Source: a virus (lineage: Duplodnaviria > Caudoviricetes). From it: a stretch of DNA of 39,697 bases. The stretch lies in IMG/VR virus record IMGVR_UViG_3300022916_000588, positions 1-39,697 of that record. One strand, written 5' to 3'. The notes below the pieces were generated by a model. The model saw only the letters and a list, made by a program, of their open reading frames with translations, had not been told where the DNA came from and did not search any database. Each line of letters opens with the position of its first letter. The first letter of the stretch is position 1. Positions 1 through 7,441 of this stretch are shown one piece after another. Both the position numbers and the translations under genes were made by a program.

Positions 1-1
1 T

Positions 2-235
2 GTAAATACAGGAGCTGATAGAATAGAACCCACAAACACTTGTTGTGGAGTTGATGTACCTAATCCCTGTACTTTTAATACTCATCATTTTAAGAAATTA
101 AAACAAAAAGGAATACCAGATGACATGATAGTAAAGACATGTTATGATCATTCTGGAGATTATCAACAGGGCATTGATATAATAACTGGAAAACAATCAA
201 ATTTTTACACCCTTAAAGATGCTGGATTATTATGA
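2..235 (+). CDS. C-terminal fragment of a gene truncated by the window edge, possibly a radical SAM (SPL-like) protein
   Basis: Frame 2 is open from the edge (VNTGADRIEPTNTCCGVDVPNPCTFN...KDAGLL*). Its TGA overlaps the next ATG (ATGA at 232-235). The TCCGV motif resembles the late ICCEV motif of the radical SAM at 2586; that assignment is inference. Confidence 0.6.
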   Translation, partial: VNTGADRIEPTNTCCGVDVPNPCTFNTHHFKKLKQKGIPDDMIVKTCYDHSGDYQQGIDIITGKQSNFYTLKDAGLL

Positions 236-1167
236 AATTTATTGAAGACAAAGGATTCATGGGGCTTTCTAAAGAAGAAAAAACCATAACAGGAAAAGCC
301 ACTGCTGAGGTGGTTGTTATAGGAGCTGGAATAATAGGAGCTACCATAGCAACTGCTTTTCGGAATAAAGGGCTGAGTGTTTTAATTATAGATAATGATG
401 ACCCAGAGTCTGGAACAAAGCCCTGTGGCGGTCTTATAAAACCAAGCCCTTTAATGGGATTGGCTAATGAACAAATCAATGCTAGTTTAGATATGCTTGA
501 TTCCACTTTTGGATTAAAGAAGGAAACAATGATCATCAAACCTAGTGGTAATTTAATTAAAGCATCCGTACGGGGTGTTAACATGGACTTAATCTTTTCA
601 ACTGTAAAATCCTATGGACATGTTTGGAAAATCGAAACATCACCCAATAAAGTGTACTACATACCCAAAGACACCCAACATACTGTTGTGGTAGATACTA
701 AGATTATTGTAATCGCGGCTGGTATGGGTTGTCAAGTTCTTCTTCCTCAGCTATTTAGAAAGGATGGATTGGTTGCTAAAAGAGGATTCTCATTTCACTT
801 CAAAGGACAAGTCCAAGAGCAATTTGTTAAATTCTGGGCACCCTATAAACAAATAACTATCCATAACACCACCTATGCTGGGGAAAAGATAATTTGGGCA
901 GGAGATGGATCAGCATTGACTCTTCCTAGTTGGTATGATGGTAGGATTGATGAGGCATTTACTAGAGTGGTTAATGAACTCCCAAGAAAATTTAAGCTAT
1001 TAAGAACTGTTAGAGGGCTTCGGAGCTTTCATAGAAATAAGAAATACAAACCCTGTTATCTAAATAAGATTGATGAGGGGTGTTGGATAGCTACGGGCAG
1101 TGGAAAATTTGGTTTAATTTCAGCTGGGTACTCAGCTGTAGAAATTTTGAAAGATGAACTTGGATAG
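232..1167 (+). CDS. FAD-dependent oxidoreductase (DAO/glycine oxidase-like family)
   Basis: Rossmann motif VVVIGAGIIG...VLIID, IVIAAG, and C-terminal IATGSGKFGLISA typical of DAO-family flavoproteins. Confidence 0.85.
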   Translation: MKFIEDKGFMGLSKEEKTITGKATAEVVVIGAGIIGATIATAFRNKGLSVLIIDNDDPESGTKPCGGLIKPSPLMGLANEQINASLDMLDSTFGLKKETMIIKPSGNLIKASVRGVNMDLIFSTVKSYGHVWKIETSPNKVYYIPKDTQHTVVVDTKIIVIAAGMGCQVLLPQLFRKDGLVAKRGFSFHFKGQVQEQFVKFWAPYKQITIHNTTYAGEKIIWAGDGSALTLPSWYDGRIDEAFTRVVNELPRKFKLLRTVRGLRSFHRNKKYKPCYLNKIDEGCWIATGSGKFGLISAGYSAVEILKDELG

Positions 1168-2131
1168 AATAGAAAAAGTAATAATGGACTGTTATTGGTA
1201 CAGACCTATTGAAGAGGAGTATCATGATGTTTTTGATTTCATACAAGGTGTTTTATGGGCAGAACTATGGAGAGGAACAATTTTTGAATATATAGATGAA
1301 CATGGGCGGGAAGCTCTTTATCGACTTTGTAAAGAATACCCAAGATTTGTTAACCGTGATTCTGTAATAGATATCATACAACACAATCCCTTCTCTGCTA
1401 TTAAAATAGGAGTGGGTACATATAAGTGGAAAGGTGATGAAGCCCCAATCCTTAAAGCTTTAGAATGTGGTGTTAAATTTATAGATACAGCTCCAACTTA
1501 TGGATTTGGGAAGGTTGAAAAAGCTTTATCTACCATTGATTTAAAAGAAGTCATATTGGGTTCAAAAATTCCTAAAAATTATATGACCAGAAAAAACATC
1601 CACTCCTCCTTAAAAAGAACAAAAGACCTATTCCCAAAAAAAGACATACACTACCAACTACATTGGCCAAACAATAAGTATGGATTGTATGATTCTTGTA
1701 ATACACTGGCTTTCTTAAAAAGACAAAATAGCATCCCTTCAGTGGGGCTGTGTAATTGTTCAGTACAGCATATAAAATATGCTTTGGGATTTGTAATGAT
1801 TGATACTCTTCAAATCCCATTCAATCCTTTTAGAAAGGAGTTTTTAAATTATCTTATTCCATTTGCGAAAGAGTCAAATATAAGAGTCATAGCGCATAGT
1901 CCATTTGGGCAGGATTTCAAAAAGTTTATGGCTCAGGATAAGAAGAAAGAAATGTTCAGAGTTGCTAAGAAATTGAATTGCACAATACCCCAATTGATAC
2001 TGGCTTGGATTATACACCATGATATTATACCTATTCCCAAGACAAACAGTTCCAAGCATATGGAAGAAAATTTGGATTCAGTTAATTTAAAACTACCAAA
2101 TTGGGCTGTGGAAATAATGAACAATCTTTAG
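1154..2131 (+). CDS. Aldo/keto reductase with ~80-aa N-terminal extension
   Basis: IGVGT, FIDTAPTYG (catalytic D,Y), GSK (K), YQLHWP (H), SVGLCN, AHSPFG, QLILAW, IPIPKT...HMEENL. Confidence 0.9.
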   Translation: MNLDRIEKVIMDCYWYRPIEEEYHDVFDFIQGVLWAELWRGTIFEYIDEHGREALYRLCKEYPRFVNRDSVIDIIQHNPFSAIKIGVGTYKWKGDEAPILKALECGVKFIDTAPTYGFGKVEKALSTIDLKEVILGSKIPKNYMTRKNIHSSLKRTKDLFPKKDIHYQLHWPNNKYGLYDSCNTLAFLKRQNSIPSVGLCNCSVQHIKYALGFVMIDTLQIPFNPFRKEFLNYLIPFAKESNIRVIAHSPFGQDFKKFMAQDKKKEMFRVAKKLNCTIPQLILAWIIHHDIIPIPKTNSSKHMEENLDSVNLKLPNWAVEIMNNL

Positions 2132-2134
2132 GTC

Positions 2135-2165
2135 TAAATGAAAAGAATCTTAATTGTATAATATA
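2135..2165 (+). promoter_or_regulatory. Putative phage promoter, copy 1 (TAAATGAAAA-N7-AATTGTATAATATA)
   Basis: Intergenic, contains TATAAT; 24 positions and the spacing are identical to the copy at 10055-10085. Confidence 0.7.
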
Positions 2166-2178
2166 TTAAAAATTAGAT

Positions 2179-2589
2179 ATGTCAGGAAGCAAAAAAAATT
2201 GTCGAATTGAAGACCTTCAAAAAATCTTTAATCAGAAATGGCCTGATTACATAGTTGTGGGCAGTCGCCCCAATGTTAAGGGCTGTGAAGTATATAGGAA
2301 AGCCAAAGGTGATGACCAACCTATATTGTGCCAAAACTTCTCTAAAAACTATGATCTATTTGAAGCGGTACTTGATCCAAGATATGACCCAAGCAAACCT
2401 TGGCCCATTATGGTCGCAGGTTTGTTTGAAGACAATACCTGTCTAATTAGTACAGGTCGACAACGATTAACACTAGAGAAGACACTGGACACAGCTTTAA
2501 AGCTCCAAGAAGTATTAGTGTTATATGACTTACAACTGAATCCTTCTATTATTGACAAACTTAGGAAAATTTATAAAAAAATTAAATGA
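2179..2589 (+). CDS. Hypothetical protein
   Basis: 136-aa ORF downstream of the putative promoter, ATGA-coupled to the radical SAM gene. Confidence 0.7.
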   Translation: MSGSKKNCRIEDLQKIFNQKWPDYIVVGSRPNVKGCEVYRKAKGDDQPILCQNFSKNYDLFEAVLDPRYDPSKPWPIMVAGLFEDNTCLISTGRQRLTLEKTLDTALKLQEVLVLYDLQLNPSIIDKLRKIYKKIK

Positions 2590-3995
2590 ATTATTGGGAA
2601 TTGAGAACCATTGTTAGCAAAATCATACCCCGTATGACCCAGCTAAGCAGTAGCAAGCGCAAAGCTTCTGCTGTAAAGGAAAAAGGAAGAAAAAAGAATT
2701 ACAGCCAATTTAACATTCGACATAATGAGTGGAGGAAGCAAGAAAGGTTATTGAATACAGAAGAGATTAACAGCTTTTTGGAAATCTCTTTGAGGGCTTC
2801 AGCCTGCCCAATGCCTTTCAATATGGACATCTGGGATGGATTGATTTGTCCATTCGCATGTAAATATTGTTTTGCCAATGCCTTTCGGGCTTCCTTATAT
2901 ACTGCTTTTTTTGATAATAGTAAAACCATGGGATTCAGACATTGTAATCCAGATAAATATAAACTGGAAATGGATGGTATGGATAAATTCAGAGGAAGGA
3001 GTTTTGAGGACAAGAAGAAGTTGTCAGGAATCAATAAAGCTTTTGCCTTGGAAATCCCAGTACGTATGGGGATAAGGTTTGAAGATTTCTTAAAGAATGA
3101 AGGCCAAGAGGGTGTTAGTTTAAAGATGTTGGAATACTTAGCTGATATTGAATACCCTGTAATGATAAATACCAAATCTGGATTAGTGGGACAAGAAGCC
3201 TATGTCAAAGCCCTATCTGAGAATGCAGCTGGAGCCGCTGTACATGTTACTGTTATAACCAGTAATGATGTTATCAATAAAAAACTGGAACCGGGTGCAC
3301 CTCCTTTTAAAGAAAGGATGAAAGCTATCAAAGTAATGGTTGCTTCAGGAATAAGAGTGGTTGCCCGTATTGAGCCATATTTATTCCTTCTTAATGATAG
3401 GAAGGAGGATGTTGATTATTATATGGAACAAATGTGGGATGCTGGTGTTAGGCATATAACCTTTGACACTTATTCTTATACAGCCCTGAACCAAGGAATC
3501 AGGCAGAGCTTCATGAATGTTGGTTATGATTTTGATCGAATCTACTTAGCTGGATGTGATAGCCAACCTTTAGGAAGTTTATTGCTGGGTAAATTTATGG
3601 ACTTATTTAAGGAAAGAGGATTTTATTGCTCAACCTTTGATATGGGAAATGTGCCTGATAATCATGATTCTATTTGTTGTGAAGTTGGGGATTGGTTTGG
3701 TGACAATACAAGTTGGAATTATGGAAGTACAGTAATGGCGGCAAGATTTATCCAAGAAAAGAAAGGCACCAATGTTAGTTGGAATATGTATGAAGCCTAT
3801 GTAGATAAACATGGTGGCTTCTTAACTGAACAATTAAGAGAAGAAGTAAAGCTGTTATGGAATCTGGAAGGCAATAATGCTTATAGTCATAAGTGGGCCA
3901 GAGGGCTTACAGCTAATGGAAGAGATGAAGATGGATTGTTATGGAGATGGGATGACACTGATTACAGAACAGATTTATTAAACACAATTATATGA
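2586..3995 (+). CDS. Radical SAM protein, spore photoproduct lyase-like family
   Basis: CxxxCxxC (CPFACKYC), INTKS, LEPGAPPFKERMKAIK...GIRVVARIEP segment typical of SPL-like radical SAM proteins; extra Cys pair (ICCE). Confidence 0.88.
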   Translation: MNYWELRTIVSKIIPRMTQLSSSKRKASAVKEKGRKKNYSQFNIRHNEWRKQERLLNTEEINSFLEISLRASACPMPFNMDIWDGLICPFACKYCFANAFRASLYTAFFDNSKTMGFRHCNPDKYKLEMDGMDKFRGRSFEDKKKLSGINKAFALEIPVRMGIRFEDFLKNEGQEGVSLKMLEYLADIEYPVMINTKSGLVGQEAYVKALSENAAGAAVHVTVITSNDVINKKLEPGAPPFKERMKAIKVMVASGIRVVARIEPYLFLLNDRKEDVDYYMEQMWDAGVRHITFDTYSYTALNQGIRQSFMNVGYDFDRIYLAGCDSQPLGSLLLGKFMDLFKERGFYCSTFDMGNVPDNHDSICCEVGDWFGDNTSWNYGSTVMAARFIQEKKGTNVSWNMYEAYVDKHGGFLTEQLREEVKLLWNLEGNNAYSHKWARGLTANGRDEDGLLWRWDDTDYRTDLLNTII

Positions 3996-4189
3996 AAGCA
4001 ATAATAACAATTGAAAAGATTGATGGTGTGAATAATATTAATGTTAAAAATGATGATTATTCTCCATTTGAATTAGTGGGAATAATGGAATATTTAAAAA
4101 GCACCATATTGAATCATATTGCTTCTCACATAACAAATAGTGACAACTCTAAATTTGAAGATGATGCACAACCTATTAAAAGAAATTGA
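3992..4189 (+). CDS. Hypothetical protein
   Basis: 65-aa ORF, ATGA overlap with upstream gene. Confidence 0.6.
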   Translation: MKAIITIEKIDGVNNINVKNDDYSPFELVGIMEYLKSTILNHIASHITNSDNSKFEDDAQPIKRN

Positions 4190-4367
4190 AAAGTGGAGTG
4201 AGCATTATGATTTCAGTTTTCAGTTTTGGGGCAAAGGACAGAATAATGTCTACATAGAAAGAGATGGTGTGGAATTACAATCCTTTGGAGGAGAAGAAAC
4301 AATTGAGGACATACTCAAGATAGCATTAGACTGGATTAAAAAAGTTAACAAACAAACAAACAAATGA
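4161..4367 (+). CDS. Hypothetical protein
   Basis: ORF track starts at GTG 4140; ATG 4161 preferred; ATGA overlap with next gene. Confidence 0.6.
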   Translation: MMHNLLKEIEKWSEHYDFSFQFWGKGQNNVYIERDGVELQSFGGEETIEDILKIALDWIKKVNKQTNK

Positions 4368-5137
4368 AAATATCAAATTTAATAGAACAGATTTTTGCCC
4401 AAGCTGTCGCACTGGATCAGCAAGGAGGATTGCGCAACACCATTTACGCAATAAAGAATGAAATTTATATTATGAGTTACGATCATACAGTCTTATTAAG
4501 ATTCAGATTGCGTGACTCAGAAATATCCTTTTCACAACCTATTAGTTTCAAGGCTAATGATTATGACAGTAACATCTTTGAAGAGGTGGGTGGTAGAATT
4601 ATATTCCATACTGAGAATGAGGAATACTCAAGAAAGAAGGTATGCGGTACAACGGATCAGACACCCGAAGAGATACGTTCATTGTTTAAACAATATCTAA
4701 CTAAGGAAGCAGACAAAGTCAACTTACAGTTGTCCAAGGATGTGTTAGAGTTGCTTGATCCAGCCCTGAGTCATATAGAGTTTAGTGGTGTGGCTGGTGA
4801 ACCTATGAAAATGGTACAAAGGAATATCTATTCAGGTGGTATTATAGAAATACAACCAAAAGCAAAAGGATTCTTCAAAGCCAGTTTAGAAAAAGACTTT
4901 GGACCAATAGCTTTAAAAACAAATGATTTTAAAGCTTTATTTGCTTTTCAGAACATTCTACAATTTAGCTTTACCACAAGTGAGGAAGAGGATTATGTTT
5001 TGGTGAAGAGTATTGACAAGAACAAACGAGACATGAAAGGTTTGATTGCCTGTTGTGTCTATGATGAATTGATAAACTTAAAAAAGGAGGAAACAACTGA
5101 TGGGAGGAAAAAGCAGAAAAGCGGGCGGGGTGTCTAG
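4364..5137 (+). CDS. Hypothetical protein, possible two-domain sliding-clamp (PCNA/gp45-like) fold
   Basis: 257 aa. The N-terminal helix followed by IYIMSYDHTVLLRFRL resembles the PCNA 'amD.shv.l..l.l' strand pair. Fold call is inference. Confidence 0.45.
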   Translation: MKISNLIEQIFAQAVALDQQGGLRNTIYAIKNEIYIMSYDHTVLLRFRLRDSEISFSQPISFKANDYDSNIFEEVGGRIIFHTENEEYSRKKVCGTTDQTPEEIRSLFKQYLTKEADKVNLQLSKDVLELLDPALSHIEFSGVAGEPMKMVQRNIYSGGIIEIQPKAKGFFKASLEKDFGPIALKTNDFKALFAFQNILQFSFTTSEEEDYVLVKSIDKNKRDMKGLIACCVYDELINLKKEETTDGRKKQKSGRGV

Positions 5138-5276
5138 GAAATTGATTGCCCATATTAAATCAGGTGGTTCAATGACCACTAAGAAAAAGAAGTGTGTATC
5201 CAATAAATATACTACTGATGAAGAGCAAACAAAAAACAAGACTAAACCATTATTTGGAAGTAGCGAAGATGTATAA
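5100..5276 (+). CDS. Small basic hypothetical protein (58 aa, not in ORF track)
   Basis: AGGAGG at 5085-5090, 9 nt before ATG; MGGKSRKAGGVSRKLIAHIKSGG...SSEDV*. Confidence 0.5.
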   Translation: MGGKSRKAGGVSRKLIAHIKSGGSMTTKKKKCVSNKYTTDEEQTKNKTKPLFGSSEDV

Positions 5277-6018
5277 TATAATGCCAAATTTCTTTATGAG
5301 TTTGGCTTATTTGCAAGCATCTAATGCCCAAGCATATACTGAAAATAATTGGATATGGATTGAGGATGAAGATTGGTGTTTATTTCCTCCTCTAAGGACA
5401 GAAACAGAAGTTGGTAAATATCCAGCTATTGAAAAGGTCTGGGCAAGCTTTCTAAACGGAATTATCAATTTAGACGGTTCCTATGCTCCGTATGTGTTAG
5501 ATTGTAATTATATATTCGATCCAGTCCGTTTCCAAGACCTTAGTGGGAAAGAGTGGGCGACATTTAGAAAGAACATCAGGAAGTGGCCCCGTAGAAATCC
5601 AAACTCAGTATATATTTTTGGCAATAATCCAAAGCAAATGCGTACATTATTAGGCATTTGGTTAGAGAAAAAAATGGAAGTTGTAGAGGATGCTGATGTG
5701 ATTTGTAAGCTTATTTTAGAGGATAATTCAAATGTTTTTAAGAAGTGTTTGTATAATTCTGACAACAAATTAGTAGCTATCAACTGTTGGGATTCCAATT
5801 GGAAATACATAAATTATAGGCTTTGTATTACTCTTCCTGATGAGCCTTTTTTAGAGGAGTTTGCTCGATATTCCTTCTATACTGACCCAGTAATTTTAAG
5901 AGAAAAAAAGCTGATAAATGACGGAGGGGATTTGGGGAATTTAGGACTTGAAAAGTTCAAAAAGAAAATGAATCCTGTGTCCAAATTTCCCATCTATTCT
6001 TTGATTAAAAATGGGTGA
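5218..6018 (+). CDS. DUF2156 / aminoacyl-phosphatidylglycerol synthase C-terminal-like (Fem/GNAT-fold) transferase
   Basis: NYIFDPVRFQDLSGKEWATFRKNIRKW and INDGGDLGNLGLEKFKKKMNP match the DUF2156 patterns 'YiY....L..L.Gk.....RN.i..F' and 'iN...DlG..gLr..K..y.P'. Start uncertain (GTG 5194 or ATG 5218). Confidence 0.75.
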   Translation: MKSKQKTRLNHYLEVAKMYNIMPNFFMSLAYLQASNAQAYTENNWIWIEDEDWCLFPPLRTETEVGKYPAIEKVWASFLNGIINLDGSYAPYVLDCNYIFDPVRFQDLSGKEWATFRKNIRKWPRRNPNSVYIFGNNPKQMRTLLGIWLEKKMEVVEDADVICKLILEDNSNVFKKCLYNSDNKLVAINCWDSNWKYINYRLCITLPDEPFLEEFARYSFYTDPVILREKKLINDGGDLGNLGLEKFKKKMNPVSKFPIYSLIKNG

Positions 6019-6181
6019 TAAACTAAAATGAATCTGAATAATTGATATGGTAATTTTATATGGTTTAAACGAATGCTATTTGATGCAGTAACGAAACGGT
6101 ATATTATTACATCCATATCACCAATCTCACTATTGGGTGAATATGAAACAGTTAGAAATGGATAAATAAATAAGACTAATT

Positions 6182-6424
6182 ATGAATAATACAGAAATTT
6201 ATGATAAAATCACAGAGATTTTAATGAGTAATTATTCCCTAAAAAAAGAAGAAATCACTTTGGAAGCAGACTTCAAAAATGACCTTGAATTAGACTCTTT
6301 AGACATGGTTGAATTAGCTATGAAATTAGAATGTGAATATGACATACTAATACCTGATTCAGACTTCTGGAAAGTGAGAACTGTACAAAATTTAATTGAC
6401 ACAATATTAACAAATCTAAATTAG
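6182..6424 (+). CDS. acpP: Acyl carrier protein
   Basis: 80 aa, acidic; ADFKNDLELDSLDMVELAM with the phosphopantetheine-attachment Ser (DSL); IPD....VRTVQNLID. Confidence 0.92.
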   Translation: MNNTEIYDKITEILMSNYSLKKEEITLEADFKNDLELDSLDMVELAMKLECEYDILIPDSDFWKVRTVQNLIDTILTNLN

Positions 6425-6429
6425 AAAAT

Positions 6430-7440
6430 ATGAAAAAAATAGATGTATTAAATGCCTTGGCTATTGTCAAGCCCGGTTTAGCAAATAGTGAGCTTATTGA
6501 GCAAACTACTTCCTTCGCATTTATTGAAGGAAAGGTAGTGACCTACAATGATGAAATAAGTATCAGTCATCCTGTACCTGAAATCAAAATTGAAGGAGCT
6601 ATTAAGGCTGAAGAATTATACCACCTGTTAAACAAGATAAAAAGAGATGAAATCGAACTCGAAATAGTGGGAGGTGAAGTCCAATTAAAGAGTGGTAAAA
6701 TTAAGGCTGGTATTGTTATGCAAAAAGAGGTTATTTTGCCACTGGACGAAATAGAAGAAAAAAGCAAATGGAAGAAAGTTCCTGATGGCTTTTTAGATTG
6801 TATTAAATTTGCTATGGGAGCTTGTGGAAGGGATGCTGTAAATCAACCTGTACTAACTTGTGTACATATATCTAAAGAAGGAGGATACATTGAAGCAACT
6901 GATCGTTTTAAAATAGCCAGAATTGAAGTGGGTGGTGCTATACCTTATGATTGTTTGATACCAGCTTCTTCTGTATCTCAGTTATTGAAATTAAATATAA
7001 CACACATGGCCAAAGGAAGTGGATGGGCTCACTTTAAAACAGATGAAAAAACTGAAATAAGTTGCAGAGTATTTGAAGATGACTTTCCAGACCTGTCTGA
7101 CTTCCTAGCTTTAGAAGGTGAGCAAATACAACTTCCTAAAAGAATTTCAGAAATCTTAGAAAGAGCTGAAGTGTTTAGCAAAAGGGATATTGTATTGAAT
7201 GAATCTGTTAATATCAAAATAACAAATGGTTCCATAACTATAAGAAGTCAATCTGATTCGGGCTGGTTTGAAGAAAAAGCCAAAATAAAATATGAAGGAG
7301 ATGATCTGGAATTTGATGTAGCTCCTTATCTTTTGAAAAACATTATAGAAGAAACCAAAGAGTGTATCGTTGGAGAAAATGCCCTGAGTTTCCAAGGTGG
7401 TGATTGGGTGTACATTTCTGCTTTACATGCCACTAGCTAG
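6430..7440 (+). CDS. dnaN: DNA polymerase III beta subunit-like sliding clamp
   Basis: 336 aa; TYNDEISI, PVLTCVHI, EATDRFKIA, SCRVFEDDFPDL motifs of the beta clamp. Confidence 0.85.
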   Translation: MKKIDVLNALAIVKPGLANSELIEQTTSFAFIEGKVVTYNDEISISHPVPEIKIEGAIKAEELYHLLNKIKRDEIELEIVGGEVQLKSGKIKAGIVMQKEVILPLDEIEEKSKWKKVPDGFLDCIKFAMGACGRDAVNQPVLTCVHISKEGGYIEATDRFKIARIEVGGAIPYDCLIPASSVSQLLKLNITHMAKGSGWAHFKTDEKTEISCRVFEDDFPDLSDFLALEGEQIQLPKRISEILERAEVFSKRDIVLNESVNIKITNGSITIRSQSDSGWFEEKAKIKYEGDDLEFDVAPYLLKNIIEETKECIVGENALSFQGGDWVYISALHATS

Positions 7441-7441
7441 T

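Noticed and set aside
2586-3995. Calling the radical SAM a true spore photoproduct lyase
   Set aside because: Only family-level motifs are visible; length and neighbours differ, so the substrate cannot be assigned
6028-6164. ATG-started frame with an in-frame TGA, suggesting stop-codon recoding
   Set aside because: TGA is used as a normal stop throughout (many ATGA overlaps) and long genes are intact in code 11; at most a ~30-aa ORF
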